From Candidatus Coproplasma stercoravium (lineage in GTDB: Bacteria > Bacillota > Clostridia > Christensenellales > Borkfalkiaceae): 64,000 bases of DNA. The notes beneath the pieces were generated by a model. It ran no database searches. It had not been told where the DNA came from and saw only the letters and a list, made by a program, of their open reading frames with translations. This document shows positions 25,357 to 35,279 of the stretch, piece by piece. Position numbers and translations under genes: made by a program. Positions within the stretch are counted from its first letter, which is position 1, and every line of letters starts with the position of its first letter. The stretch lies in the NCBI GenBank assembly GCA_018713165.1, contig DVFR01000046.1, positions 6,637-70,636 on the forward strand. Direction: 5' to 3'.

Positions 25357-27096
25357 ATGGCATATCTTGCGTTTTACAGAATGTTCCGCCCCGACACCCT
25401 CGATAAGGTCGTCAGGCAGGAGCATATCGTAAAAATTTTAAAAAATCAGATAGAGAGCGGCAAAATCGGTCACGCATACCTTTTTTGCGGGCCCCGCGGC
25501 ACGGGCAAAACGTCCGTCGCCAAAATTTTTGCGCGCGCCATAAACTGCGAACACCCCGTAAACGGTTCGCCGTGCGGCAAGTGCGCCACGTGCAGGGCGC
25601 TCGCCGAGGGGAGCAACCTCGACATCTCCGAGATTGACGCGGCGTCGAACAACGGCGTCGACGAAATGCGTGACCTGCGCGAAAAGGTGCAGTATCCGCC
25701 CGTCGCGGGCAAATACAAGGTGTATATCATCGACGAGGTTCACATGCTCACCGCGTCGGCGTTCAACGCCGTGCTCAAAACGCTGGAAGAGCCTCCCGCG
25801 CACGCCGTGTTCATTCTCGCCACCACCGAGCCGCAGAAGATTCCCGCAACAATTCTCTCGCGCTGCATGCGCTTCGATTTCAAGCTCATTCCCCAGCACG
25901 ATTTGGAGAGACTGCTCAAAGATATATTTGCAAAGATAGGCAAGGAGTACGAGGAGGAGGCTGTCGCCGCCATAGCCCGCGCGGGTGCCGGCAGTGCGCG
26001 CGATACCCTCTCGATAGCCGATATGTGCGTTTCGTACTCTACGGGCAAACTCACTTATGCCGACGTGAACGCCGTTTTGGGCTCGGCCGATTTTTATAAG
26101 ATAGCCGAAGCCGTGCGCCTGCTTTTATCCGACGATTCGGGCGGCGCGCTCTCCTGCGCCGAAGAGATATTCGCGGGCGGCAAGAGCGCGGGCGTATTCG
26201 TAAAGGATATTCTCGGGTACTTAAATAACGTAGCAGTCGCCAAAATGTGCAAAAATGCCGAACAGATACTCAATCTCCCGCAGGAGATGTTTTCGGTAAT
26301 TTCTTCCGTCGCCGCCGTGTGCGACGGGCACAAACTGCTCCGCGCCACCGAAATTTTCGTAAAGGCGGAGGGCGACATGCGCTACGCCGCCGACCCGCGC
26401 GTAGTTTTGGAAACGGCGATTCTCCGCTGTACGCTGCCGCAGGCAGATTACAATATCGATAGCCTTATAGCGCGCGTATCCGCGCTCGAAAAAAAGATAG
26501 CGGAGGGCAACTTTGCCCCCGCGGCGCCCGCTGCGGCTTCAACGCGCGCCCCCGCGCAGAATATGCAGACCGAACAGCCTCAGCCGTCCCGCAATTTATC
26601 CGGAAGCGGCGAGGTTCAGACAGATTTTCTCCATACGGGAGGCGGAAGGGCGACGGCGTTCTATGCGCCCGAAAAGAGCAAAGAGGTTAAGCCCGAGGCA
26701 AAGACCGCACCCGACGAGTTTTCTTCCGACCCGTTCTCTTCAAAGCAGGCAAAGCCTGCGCCCGCGCAGACTGCGGCGCCTTCAAAGGGCAGGGGCAGCG
26801 TGCTCGCAACGCTCTTGCGCGCGCTCCGCACCACGCACAAAAACGCGGTGCTCTTCACCCTCTGTTCCGACCTCGGCTGCGAGCAGGACGGCGGCAAGGT
26901 CACGTTTACCACCGATAACGAAACGGTGCACCGCGCTATAACGCGGCAGGACAACGCAAAAATTCTCTCCGATATTCTCGCCGAATCGGGCATTACAGAA
27001 TACGAGGTAAAGCTTTTAAAAAAGGACGACGCGCTCTCCCGCGCGCTCGACGTTTTAAAGAGCAACTTCGGCGGAACGGATATAAATATCAAATAG
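25357..27096 (+). CDS. dnaX: DNA polymerase III subunit gamma/tau
   Basis: 579 aa. Contains GHAYLFCGPRGTGKTS, a zinc module CGKCATC and IIDEVHML, then a low-complexity linker and a C-terminal domain. Confidence 0.9.
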   Translation: MAYLAFYRMFRPDTLDKVVRQEHIVKILKNQIESGKIGHAYLFCGPRGTGKTSVAKIFARAINCEHPVNGSPCGKCATCRALAEGSNLDISEIDAASNNGVDEMRDLREKVQYPPVAGKYKVYIIDEVHMLTASAFNAVLKTLEEPPAHAVFILATTEPQKIPATILSRCMRFDFKLIPQHDLERLLKDIFAKIGKEYEEEAVAAIARAGAGSARDTLSIADMCVSYSTGKLTYADVNAVLGSADFYKIAEAVRLLLSDDSGGALSCAEEIFAGGKSAGVFVKDILGYLNNVAVAKMCKNAEQILNLPQEMFSVISSVAAVCDGHKLLRATEIFVKAEGDMRYAADPRVVLETAILRCTLPQADYNIDSLIARVSALEKKIAEGNFAPAAPAAASTRAPAQNMQTEQPQPSRNLSGSGEVQTDFLHTGGGRATAFYAPEKSKEVKPEAKTAPDEFSSDPFSSKQAKPAPAQTAAPSKGRGSVLATLLRALRTTHKNAVLFTLCSDLGCEQDGGKVTFTTDNETVHRAITRQDNAKILSDILAESGITEYEVKLLKKDDALSRALDVLKSNFGGTDINIK

Positions 27097-27118
27097 TTTA
27101 AAAGTAAGGAGTATAATT

Positions 27119-27484
27119 ATGGCAGGATTCCGTGGCGGCATGGGCGGCGGCATGAACAACCTTGTAAAACAGGCGCAAAAAATTCAGGAACAGATGCAGG
27201 CGGCCGAAAAGGAGCTCGAAGAGCTCGAAGTGGTAGGCCTTTCGGGCGGCGGCGAAGAGGGCGACGAAACCGTCGTCATATATATGAACGGCAAAAAGGT
27301 GATAAACGGCGTCGAGTTCGGCAGCAAAATCTCGCAGATGATTGACCTTACCGACGAGGACGACGTCGAAATGCTTGAAGACCTCATTTTAGCCGCGATA
27401 AACGACGGCTACAAAAAGGCCGACGAGCTCTACGAGGAAAAGATGGGCAAATTCGGCGGGGCAAGCATTCCCGGCCTCATATAA
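27119..27484 (+). CDS. ybaB: nucleoid-associated protein YbaB/EbfC
   Basis: 121 aa. Contains NNLVKQAQKIQEQMQAAEKELEE. The dnaX-ybaB-recR order is conserved. Confidence 0.85.
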   Translation: MAGFRGGMGGGMNNLVKQAQKIQEQMQAAEKELEELEVVGLSGGGEEGDETVVIYMNGKKVINGVEFGSKISQMIDLTDEDDVEMLEDLILAAINDGYKKADELYEEKMGKFGGASIPGLI

Positions 27485-27596
27485 CGGCGCAAAGCGATAA
27501 TTTGCCTGACGGCAAAGTGATAAGTGATGAGCGCGGCAAGCCGCGCGTTATGAGTTGTGTGGGCAAGGCAGGTTCCCGCAGTAAAATGTAGCGCAA

Positions 27597-27652
27597 ATCC
27601 CCCCGTCACGCTTTGCGTGCCACCCCCCTTAAAGCTAAAGCGTTAAAGGGGG
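27597..27652 (-). repeat. repeat family W, copy 3 (opposite orientation)
   Basis: atccccccgtcacgctttgcgtgccaccccccttaaagctaaagcgttaaaggggg. Confidence 0.7.
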
Positions 27653-27719
27653 CAAGCGAGCGTTAAGCATTTTGCAAGGAATAAATTTTTTCTACAGCAA
27701 GTTTAAAAATGAATATGTT

Positions 27720-27797
27720 CGGAAAAAGAGCAGGCGAATTTAGTTCGCCGATACCTCTTTTTCTCGACTTTATAAAAATCTCACGGCAAAGATTTTT
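27720..27797 (+). repeat. repeat family V, copy 1 (nested hairpin plus the ctcacggcaaagattttt tail)
   Basis: cggaaaaagagcaggcgaatttagttcgccgatacctctttttctcgactttataaaaatctcacggcaaagattttt. Confidence 0.7.
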
Positions 27798-27830
27798 GCA
27801 CAGCAAAAAGATTTGCGTGAACTGTGTTAT

Positions 27831-28421
27831 ATGGATATTTTTATCGAGCCTATAGGCAGGCTTATCAACGAATTTACCAAGCTCCCGGGCGTAGGCAAAA
27901 AAACCGCCCAGAGGTACGCTTATAAAATAATAAACATGAGCGCAGAGGAAGCGGCGGGTTTTGCCGCCGCCATAACCGACGCAAAGAGAAAGGTGCGCTA
28001 CTGCAAGATATGCGGCAACTTCACCGAAAACGACGTGTGCGATATCTGCCGCACGCGCGATAAGTCTACCATCTGCGTAGTAAAGGAACCCAAAGACGTC
28101 GTCGCGCTCGAAAAACTGCACGAGTATAAGGGCGTTTACCACGTGCTGCACGGCGTTATAAACCCGATGGAGGGGGTTGGCCCCAACGATATCCGCATAA
28201 AGGAACTTCTCGAGCGGATAGACGGCTCCGTCAAAGAGGTGATAATGGCTACCAACCCCGACGTCGAGGGCGAGGCGACCGCAATGTACGTTGCGCGCCT
28301 CTTAAAGCCGCTCGGCGTAAACGTAACCCGCCTCGCGCACGGCATTCCCATAGGCAGCGAGATAGAGTACACCGACGACGTAACCCTGTCCCGCGCGCTC
28401 ATGGAGAGAAAGTCGATTTAA
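27831..28421 (+). CDS. recR: recombination protein RecR
   Basis: I take the ATG at 27831 ([28 protein letters not shown]) as the start. It has a C4 zinc finger (CKICGNF..CDIC) and a Toprim domain. Confidence 0.9.
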   Translation: MDIFIEPIGRLINEFTKLPGVGKKTAQRYAYKIINMSAEEAAGFAAAITDAKRKVRYCKICGNFTENDVCDICRTRDKSTICVVKEPKDVVALEKLHEYKGVYHVLHGVINPMEGVGPNDIRIKELLERIDGSVKEVIMATNPDVEGEATAMYVARLLKPLGVNVTRLAHGIPIGSEIEYTDDVTLSRALMERKSI

Positions 28422-28571
28422 ATTAATTTTCCGCCGCAAAAAAGTCATATAAAAAAATGCGTTTATTGCGGCATATATGCGCCCCTTTTGCATTTAAAAA
28501 TTATAATTTTATTTCAATTTGCGGCGTATTTTCAGGTATATTTTTCATAATAAAAAATACGGAGAACTTAC

Positions 28572-29561
28572 ATGAAAATTTCCGTTCTCGGCTGCGGAAG
28601 ATGGGGCTCGTTCATCGCGTGGTACCAGTCCGCAATAAAGGGCAACGACGTTATAAACTGGGGACCCGAAGGCGAGCCTTCGTACGAAGTGCTCAAAAAT
28701 ACGGGCAGGAACGAATACGTTGAGCTCGACGGCAGGATAAAGCTCACCTGCGATTTGGAATACGCCTTAAAGGCGAGCGATATTATAATAATTTCGATAA
28801 GTTCGCAGGGACTGCGCGGCTTCATGCAGAAGATTATGCGCTATCCCGTTCGGGATAAAGCATTCGTGCTCTGCATGAAGGGCATAGAGGAATCCACGGG
28901 CAAGCGCCTTTCGGAAGTTCTTACAGAGAGCGGCGTATCGCCCGAAAAGATTGCCGTGTGGGTCGGCCCGGGGCACATTCAGGCGTTCGTTCAGGGCATA
29001 CCCAACTGCATGGTCATCGATTCTTCGAACGAACAGTTGAAGCGCGGCCTTGCCGACAGTTTCAAGAGCAATCTCATACGCTTTTACTACGGCAACGACC
29101 TTATAGGCACGGAGATAGGCGCGGCGGCTAAAAACGTTATGGGCATCGCCGCGGGCGTGCTCGACGGCAGCGGCTACGTAAGTTTAAAGGGCCCCTTAAT
29201 GGCGCGCGGCGCGTACGAGGTCGGCTCTCTCATAAAGGCGATGGGCGGCAACTTCATGTCAGCCTACGGGCTCGCCCACCTCGGCGACTACGAAACGACG
29301 CTCTTTTCCGAATACTCCCACAACCGCCGCTACGGCGAAATGATGGCAAAGGGACAGAAGTTTGAAAAACTTGCCGAAGGCGTAATGACGGCAAAGGCGA
29401 TGAAAAAGCTGGGCGAAAAATACGGCGTGGAACTTCCCATAACGGAGGCCGTGTACGAGGCGTGCTTCTTATCGCACGCGTTCGAGAGCGGCGACGGCGC
29501 AAGGGAGTGCATGAACATAATTTTAAAGCTCTTCGACCGCGCTACAAAGAGCGAATTTTAA
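28572..29561 (+). CDS. gpsA: NAD(P)H-dependent glycerol-3-phosphate dehydrogenase
   Basis: 329 aa. Rossmann N-terminus MKISVLGCGRWGS, plus GIEESTGKRLSEV and EIGAAAKNVMGIAAG. Confidence 0.75.
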   Translation: MKISVLGCGRWGSFIAWYQSAIKGNDVINWGPEGEPSYEVLKNTGRNEYVELDGRIKLTCDLEYALKASDIIIISISSQGLRGFMQKIMRYPVRDKAFVLCMKGIEESTGKRLSEVLTESGVSPEKIAVWVGPGHIQAFVQGIPNCMVIDSSNEQLKRGLADSFKSNLIRFYYGNDLIGTEIGAAAKNVMGIAAGVLDGSGYVSLKGPLMARGAYEVGSLIKAMGGNFMSAYGLAHLGDYETTLFSEYSHNRRYGEMMAKGQKFEKLAEGVMTAKAMKKLGEKYGVELPITEAVYEACFLSHAFESGDGARECMNIILKLFDRATKSEF

Positions 29562-29702
29562 GGCTGCCATTTTATTTGGCGCCGAAAACGGCGGCGTTTG
29601 CGGCGGGCGGTTACCCTGCCGTTCATTTCAAATGCAAACAATTATAAAAAATTTTTATTGTTTTACAAAAAAAGTCAAAAATTTGCAGCCGCATGCAATG
29701 GG

Positions 29703-29731
29703 TTGCAAATTTTTTATTGCACATTTATAAT
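29703..29731 (+). promoter_or_regulatory. sigma-A-type promoter candidate for typA
   Basis: TTGCAA, 17 nt, TATAAT. Confidence 0.5.
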
Positions 29732-29765
29732 ATAGTCTGAAAATTATTTATAAAAAAGGGAATTT

Positions 29766-31595
29766 ATGGTAAGAAACGATTTACGCAACGTGGCGATAAT
29801 CGCGCACGTAGACCACGGCAAAACAACGCTCGTCGACGCAATGCTCAAGCAGAGCCATGCATTCAGGGAAAATCAGGCGGTGGAGGAGAGGGTTATGGAC
29901 TCCAACGCCATCGAGCGCGAGCGCGGCATAACAATTCTCGCAAAAAACACTTCGGTACGCTATAACGGCGTAAAGATAAACATAGTCGACACCCCCGGCC
30001 ACGCCGACTTTTCGGGCGAGGTAGAGAGGGTTATGATGATGGTAAACGGCGTGCTCGTCCTCGTCGACGCCGCCGAAGGCCCCATGCCCCAGACGCGCTT
30101 CGTCGTTCAGAAGGCGCTGGAGATGGGTCACAGACTTATAATCGTCGTAAATAAGATTGACCGTCCCGACGCCCGCCTTTCCGAGGTGCAGGACGAAATA
30201 CTCGAACTTTTAATGGAGCTCGACGCCTCCGACGACCAGCTCATGAGCCCCGTCGTATGGTGCTCGGGCAGAAACGGCACCGCCACCCTCGATTTGAACA
30301 CCCCCGGCAAGGACCTCACGCCCCTGTTCGATACCATACTTACGCACATTCAGCCCATGGAAGTCGACGAAAAGGGCGGCGCGCAGCTCCTCGTATCCTC
30401 GATAGACTACAACGACTACGTCGGAAGAATAGGCATAGGCAGGATAGAGCGCGGCGAAATTCTGCAGGGTCAGTCGGTAGTCGTCACCAACTACAACAAC
30501 CAACAGATGAAGCTCGCGGGAAAGATAGCCAACCTCTACCAGATAGAGGGGCTGAACCGCGTTCCATGCGAAAGGGCGATAGCGGGCGACATCGTATGCT
30601 TTTCGGGACTTGAAAAGATAAACATCGGCGACACTGTTTGTTCGCCCGACTGCGTGGAGCCGCACAAATTCGTAAAAATTTCAGAGCCCACCGTCGAGAT
30701 GACCTTCTCTGTAAACGACTCGCCCTTTGCGGGTAAAGAGGGCAAGTGGGTAACCACCAGGCATCTTCGCGAAAGGCTCTTCCGCGAACTTTTGAAGGAC
30801 GTGTCTTTGAGGGTTGAGGAGACCGACTCTGCCGACAGCTACCGCGTCTGCGGCAGGGGCGAAATGCACCTATCCATTTTAATAGAAAACATGCGCCGCG
30901 AGGGCTACGAATTCCAGGTATCCACGCCCCGCGTGCTCTTCAAAGAGATTGACGGCGTAAAATGCGAGCCCATGGAGCGCCTTATCGTCGACGTTCCCGA
31001 CGAATTTTCGGGCGCGGTATTCCAGAGCATGGGCGAGAGGAAGGGCGAGCTCATGCACATGAGCGCCGTCGGCAGCCGCACGAGGCTGGAATTCATAATT
31101 CCCGCCCGCGGACTCTTCGGCTACAAGAGCGAATTTTTAACGGCGACGAAAGGCGAGGGTGTGTTCTCCTCGGTATTCTTCGAGTATCAGCCCTACAAGG
31201 GCGAGTTCTCGCGCAGGAGCACCGGTTCGCTCGTTGCGTTTGAAACGGGCGAGGCCGTAACTTACGGTCTCTATAATGCGCAGGGCCGCGGAACGCTGTT
31301 CATCGGTCCCGGCACGCAGGTGTACGAGGGCATGGTTATAGGCGAAAGTCCCAAGAGCGAGGATATAAACGTAAACGTCTGCAAACAAAAGCACCTCACC
31401 AACACGCGCTCCTCGTCGAGCGACGACGCGCTCCGCCTCATCACTCCCAAGCGCATGAGTCTGGAGGAGTGCCTCGAATTTATCGCCGACGACGAACTTC
31501 TTGAAATAACGCCCAAAAATATCCGTATCCGCAAGCGTATTCTCGATTCAGAGCTGAGGGCGAAGGCTAATGCCAAGGCAAAGAAGGGGCTTTGA
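29766..31595 (+). CDS. typA: translational GTPase TypA/BipA
   Basis: 609 aa. Contains [25 protein letters not shown] and NKID. Confidence 0.95.
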   Translation: MVRNDLRNVAIIAHVDHGKTTLVDAMLKQSHAFRENQAVEERVMDSNAIERERGITILAKNTSVRYNGVKINIVDTPGHADFSGEVERVMMMVNGVLVLVDAAEGPMPQTRFVVQKALEMGHRLIIVVNKIDRPDARLSEVQDEILELLMELDASDDQLMSPVVWCSGRNGTATLDLNTPGKDLTPLFDTILTHIQPMEVDEKGGAQLLVSSIDYNDYVGRIGIGRIERGEILQGQSVVVTNYNNQQMKLAGKIANLYQIEGLNRVPCERAIAGDIVCFSGLEKINIGDTVCSPDCVEPHKFVKISEPTVEMTFSVNDSPFAGKEGKWVTTRHLRERLFRELLKDVSLRVEETDSADSYRVCGRGEMHLSILIENMRREGYEFQVSTPRVLFKEIDGVKCEPMERLIVDVPDEFSGAVFQSMGERKGELMHMSAVGSRTRLEFIIPARGLFGYKSEFLTATKGEGVFSSVFFEYQPYKGEFSRRSTGSLVAFETGEAVTYGLYNAQGRGTLFIGPGTQVYEGMVIGESPKSEDINVNVCKQKHLTNTRSSSSDDALRLITPKRMSLEECLEFIADDELLEITPKNIRIRKRILDSELRAKANAKAKKGL

Positions 31596-31640
31596 TTAAA
31601 CTTTCCTCAACATAAAAAACCAAATTCAAGCATATATAAA

Positions 31641-31667
31641 TACTGCCGCACAGGCAGTAATTTTTTT
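31641..31667 (+). terminator. intrinsic terminator after typA
   Basis: TACTGCC-gcaca-GGCAGTA followed by a and T7. Confidence 0.7.
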
Positions 31668-31683
31668 GCGGCGGGAGGAGAAA

Positions 31684-31938
31684 ATGGAGGGAGCGGTACA
31701 TTCCGTTACGATAGAGGACTGCAAAAAAATTTCGGCGACGGCGATAGAGAGCGTTGACGCGTTTTCGTCCTCGCAGATAGTTTTAAGCTACGCGGGCGGC
31801 AGAATAACCGTCACGGGCAGCGGGCTTAAAATAGTAGCCTTTTCCAAGGGCAGCGGCGCGTTTGCGGCAACGGGCACGGTTACGGGCGTAAAATATGCGT
31901 CGAAGGCGGTAAAGCTTTCGCAGCGCCTCTTCAGATAG
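31684..31938 (+). CDS. yabP: sporulation protein YabP
   Basis: I take the ATG at 31684 as the start. Sequence MEGAVHSVTIEDCKKISATAIESVDAFSSSQIVLSYAGGRITVTGSGLKI. The SD gggagg is upstream. Confidence 0.8.
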   Translation: MEGAVHSVTIEDCKKISATAIESVDAFSSSQIVLSYAGGRITVTGSGLKIVAFSKGSGAFAATGTVTGVKYASKAVKLSQRLFR

Positions 31939-31978
31939 CGTCCCTTTCGCGTGCCATAGCTTTCCGCACATTCTTTTT

Positions 31979-32374
31979 ATGCAGATTTATATCTTTTTGC
32001 TCTGCCTCGCCTGCGGGGTGGCGAGCGGCTTCGCGTACGATTTTTTATATCTCATAAGGCGCGCCGCGGCAGGGGCGCCCGCCGTTAAGACCAAAAAGCG
32101 CGAAATTATCGTCACCGCCGTGTGCGACGTTATATACGCCCTCGTCCTTGCGGCGCTCTTCGTCGCGTGCTCTGTGGCGTTTTCTTTCCCCGACGTGCGG
32201 CTTTATATGTTTGCCGCCGTTTTTTCGGGCGCATTGCTCTATATCAAAAGCTTGCACATAATGGTTGCATTTTTGGTAAATAAATTGTATAATAGAATTG
32301 CCGAAAGTGTAAAATGTAAAAAAGCACGCCGCAGGCGCGCCAAAAACAACCTTGCGGCACGCACGAAGAGGTAA
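31979..32374 (+). CDS. yabQ: spore cortex biosynthesis protein YabQ-like membrane protein
   Basis: 131 aa with 3-4 TM segments. It lies directly after yabP. Confidence 0.6.
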   Translation: MQIYIFLLCLACGVASGFAYDFLYLIRRAAAGAPAVKTKKREIIVTAVCDVIYALVLAALFVACSVAFSFPDVRLYMFAAVFSGALLYIKSLHIMVAFLVNKLYNRIAESVKCKKARRRRAKNNLAARTKR

Positions 32375-32378
32375 ATTT

Positions 32379-32639
32379 ATGAATCAGCAAAAACGCAACC
32401 GCTTAATCGCCGCAGGTACCGTGGCGATAGTTCTTCTCCTTATAGTTCTGGTTGCGATAATGGTCTATCAGCTCGTGGTGATAGTTAACTTAAACAACCG
32501 CAAGCAGGAACTTCAGGACAAGATTGACGGATACAACCAGAGCATAAACGACTACGAGTCGCAGCTCGACTATTACGAGAGCTACGACGGGCTTTTCAAT
32601 CTCGCAATCGAGTACGACATTATAGGCAAAAAATCTTAA
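32379..32639 (+). CDS. divIC: septum formation initiator (DivIC/FtsB-like)
   Basis: I take the ATG at 32379 as the start. One TM followed by a coiled coil (NRKQELQDKIDGYNQSINDYESQL). It follows yabP-yabQ, as in Bacillus. Confidence 0.55.
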   Translation: MNQQKRNRLIAAGTVAIVLLLIVLVAIMVYQLVVIVNLNNRKQELQDKIDGYNQSINDYESQLDYYESYDGLFNLAIEYDIIGKKS

Positions 32640-32681
32640 AGTTTTAAAATCGCGCAAACGCGCGGCAGGCTTCTTCTTTCT

Positions 32682-33548
32682 ATGAAAATTTCGGCAATAG
32701 ACGTAGGTTCTAATTCCGTCCGCCTCATGGTTATGGCGGACGGAAAAACTTTATATAAGCAGCTCGATACCACCCGCCTCGGCGAGGGGCTGGCAAACAG
32801 CGGCGTTTTAAAGCCCGAGGCAATCGAGCGCACGGCGCGCGCCGTGCAGCTCTTTGCCGCCGCGGCGGAGCTCAACGGAGCGGGCACTCCGTACGTGTTC
32901 GCCACAGCCTCCGTGCGTTCAGCCTCCAACGGCGGCGACTTCGTAAAGAGAGTAAAACAGCTCACGGGCATCGACGTCGACGTGATAAGCGGCGAAGAGG
33001 AGGCTGCTTGCGGCATAACGGGCGCCCTGCGCGGGCGTGACGGCGGCATAATCGACCTCGGCGGCGCCAGCACGGAGATAACCCTCCAAAAGGGCGGCAA
33101 AACTGTGTATTCGAAGAGCGTGAACGTCGGCACCGTGCGCCTTTACGATATCGCCGGGCAGGACAGGCAAGCCTTAGAGCGCGCGGCCCGAACCGCGCTC
33201 AAAGACTACGGCAATCTTTCGCTCGCGGGCACTGATATGTACGGCGTGGGAGGTACGGCAACAAGCCTTGCGGCGCTCTTTCACGAACTGCCCGCATACG
33301 ACCCGAAGGTTGTGGACGGAACCGTGCTCACCGTAGGTTGGCTCGGCAGTATGGCCGAACGACTGCTCTCCATGCCGGTGGAGGAGCGCAAGGCCATGCG
33401 CGGAATGGACGTGCGCCGCGCCGACGTGATTGCGGGCGGATGCCTTCTGCTGCACCACATTTTAAAGCGCTTCGGAGCGGAAAAACTCACCGTGTCGGAG
33501 AGCGACAATTTAGAGGGCTACGTGCTCCTTAAAGGACTTGCAAAGTGA
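32682..33548 (+). CDS. Ppx/GppA-family phosphatase (short form)
   Basis: 288 aa. ASKHA-fold N-terminus MKISAIDVGSNSVRL, plus DLGGASTE. Confidence 0.75.
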   Translation: MKISAIDVGSNSVRLMVMADGKTLYKQLDTTRLGEGLANSGVLKPEAIERTARAVQLFAAAAELNGAGTPYVFATASVRSASNGGDFVKRVKQLTGIDVDVISGEEEAACGITGALRGRDGGIIDLGGASTEITLQKGGKTVYSKSVNVGTVRLYDIAGQDRQALERAARTALKDYGNLSLAGTDMYGVGGTATSLAALFHELPAYDPKVVDGTVLTVGWLGSMAERLLSMPVEERKAMRGMDVRRADVIAGGCLLLHHILKRFGAEKLTVSESDNLEGYVLLKGLAK

Positions 33549-34264
33549 AGTATTTTATAACCGCCGTCGCCGCGGCCGCTGCGCTCGCTGTCACTGCCGC
33601 AGGCAGCTGGCTTGTATTTGAATTCGGCGGCGAATGGTGGCACATAGTTTTGTATATACTGCTGTGCGCCGTATTTTTCCCGCTCGCTTCGCAGCTCCAC
33701 GAGCTCGGGCATAAGCTCTTCGGCTTATTCGGCGGAATGAAGGTAAAACTCGGCAGGTTCGCCTTGTTTTCCCCTTCAAGCTGCATGGTGATGCCGAAGC
33801 ATTCAAAAAACATAAGGCGCGGGTTTATTCTCACGGCGTGCGGCGGAATCGCCGTAAACTTTCTATTTGCGGCGGCGGGCATAATCTGCCTGTGCGCAGG
33901 CGGGGAGGCGGCGCTCGCCTCGTTCATCGCGCCGTCGTCGCTCTATCTTTTAATAATAAACGCCGCGCCTGCGGGCTCGGGGGCGGGCGCTACCGATATG
34001 CGCATGGTAGCGGACGCCGCAAAAAACACCCCCGAATGGCAGGTGCTCTGCCGCGTGCTCACAATTCAGGGGATGCTCTTTGAGGGCACGCCGATAGAGG
34101 ATATCGAAGAAGATTTATTTTTCTCCGTTCCGCAGATAGCCGAAGACGAGCCCGCCTTCATTATGCTCGTATCGCTGCGCGCAGATTATTATGCCGCAAT
34201 AGGGGATGATAGCAATGCAAAAAAGTGGGGCGACAGGTTGGAGAGCATAAATAACGATATCTGA
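33545..34264 (+). CDS. membrane-embedded HExxH metalloprotease-like protein (site-2 protease/M50-like)
   Basis: 239 aa. HELGH sits in a TM segment, and a later NAAP....TD segment resembles the S2P NxxPxxxxDG motif. The GTG start overlaps the ppx stop (GTGA). Confidence 0.55.
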   Translation: MKYFITAVAAAAALAVTAAGSWLVFEFGGEWWHIVLYILLCAVFFPLASQLHELGHKLFGLFGGMKVKLGRFALFSPSSCMVMPKHSKNIRRGFILTACGGIAVNFLFAAAGIICLCAGGEAALASFIAPSSLYLLIINAAPAGSGAGATDMRMVADAAKNTPEWQVLCRVLTIQGMLFEGTPIEDIEEDLFFSVPQIAEDEPAFIMLVSLRADYYAAIGDDSNAKKWGDRLESINNDI

Positions 34265-34331
34265 CCTTGCATTATTATTTTCCGCTTATAAAAATTTAAA
34301 GTTGTATAGGCATATTGTAAGGGGGCAAAAT

Positions 34332-35021
34332 TTGAAAAAATTCTGGGGCATCTGCGGGAATGGGCTTTATAGTGTAGGGTGCACCGGCGGAACAGTATAC
34401 GTGTATGGTTCAAAAGGGGAAGAATTGGCAAAATTCAGGCATTTTCCCTATGCCTATACCGCAACTTTCAAGCCGAACTCAAATATTATTGCTGTAAAAT
34501 CTACCGAAGGCTTTTTGGGCTTCTATGACCTTGACTCTCTGTCTTTGATAAAAAAGATAACGGTCACAAGGCTTGGCGCGCAGGACGAAGGTTTTGCTTT
34601 TACGCCGGACGGAAGGTACTTCTGTAATATCGAAAAGCCTGTAAATTCCTGTCAGACTCAATTGGGTATATATGACGGAGCATCATTTGATAAAGTGAAT
34701 ACCCTGTTTGCCGATGAGCAAAAAACCGTTTTTGAGGAGTTGGAATTTGATGGCGGCGAAACGCGCGTCGCATATGTGCTCGGCTTTATGCGCGGCGATA
34801 TCGGAGGAGTGTTCGGCTATGGCTTTGTGGGAAAACTTGATATTGAAAACGGTACGCTTACAAATATCCGCGCCATTGACGAAGAACGGTATAACTATCT
34901 TCGCTGGTATAAATCGTGGGAAAGGAGCGGCTTTACAGAAAAATCGCTCGAATGGAATCCGCTGAATAAGCTGAATGAAATCAGACAGACAAGCATTAAG
35001 GCAGTTTTCTGTGCAATATAA
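34332..35021 (+). CDS. hypothetical protein with beta-strand-rich repeats (possible propeller-like fold)
   Basis: The ORF is open from 34302. I favour the TTG at 34332, which lies 7 nt after aaggggg. G+C is visibly lower and codons are A/T-ending compared with the neighbours. Segments such as VYVYGSKGEELAKF, AVKSTEGFLGFYDL and FAFTPDGRYF recur. Confidence 0.5.
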   Translation: MKKFWGICGNGLYSVGCTGGTVYVYGSKGEELAKFRHFPYAYTATFKPNSNIIAVKSTEGFLGFYDLDSLSLIKKITVTRLGAQDEGFAFTPDGRYFCNIEKPVNSCQTQLGIYDGASFDKVNTLFADEQKTVFEELEFDGGETRVAYVLGFMRGDIGGVFGYGFVGKLDIENGTLTNIRAIDEERYNYLRWYKSWERSGFTEKSLEWNPLNKLNEIRQTSIKAVFCAI

Positions 35022-35061
35022 AAAGCCCTGAATTTAGTGCAGATTATGAATATAATAAAGG

Positions 35062-35101
35062 CGCGGCGCCCGCAATTTAGTTGCGGGCGCCGCGTTCTTT
35101 T
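35062..35101. terminator. bidirectional terminator between the 34332 ORF (+) and the zinc-ribbon gene (-)
   Basis: A 14-bp GC stem cgcggcgcccgcaa-tttag-ttgcgggcgccgcg followed by ttctttt. Confidence 0.7.
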
Positions 35102-35123
35102 GTCCAATAAAAGCAGTTTTTTT

Positions 35124-35279
35124 TCAGCTTATCCTGTAAAGCCGCGAAAGGCAGTGCGGGCACAGCCCGAAGTTTGTTTCGGCGCAGTTTCCGCATACGT
35201 GATTGCCGCAGTTCGGGCACTCGAAGCCGCTCGAAACGTCGTATTTTCCGCACCTTAAAACGATGGTTTCTCTTTCCAT
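35124..35279 (-). CDS. small zinc-ribbon protein
   Basis: I take the internal ATG at 35279 as the start. MERETIVLRCGKYDVSSGFECPNCGNHVCGNCAETNFGLCPHCLSRLYRIS carries CPNC, CGNC and CPHC. Confidence 0.5.
   Translation of the reverse strand: MERETIVLRCGKYDVSSGFECPNCGNHVCGNCAETNFGLCPHCLSRLYRIS

Noticed and set aside
26513-26941. 142-aa alternative-frame ORF inside dnaX.
   Set aside because: It is an Arg/Pro-rich off-frame product within the low-complexity linker of dnaX, with no SD. It is not the -1 frame reached from the A AAA AAG heptamer.
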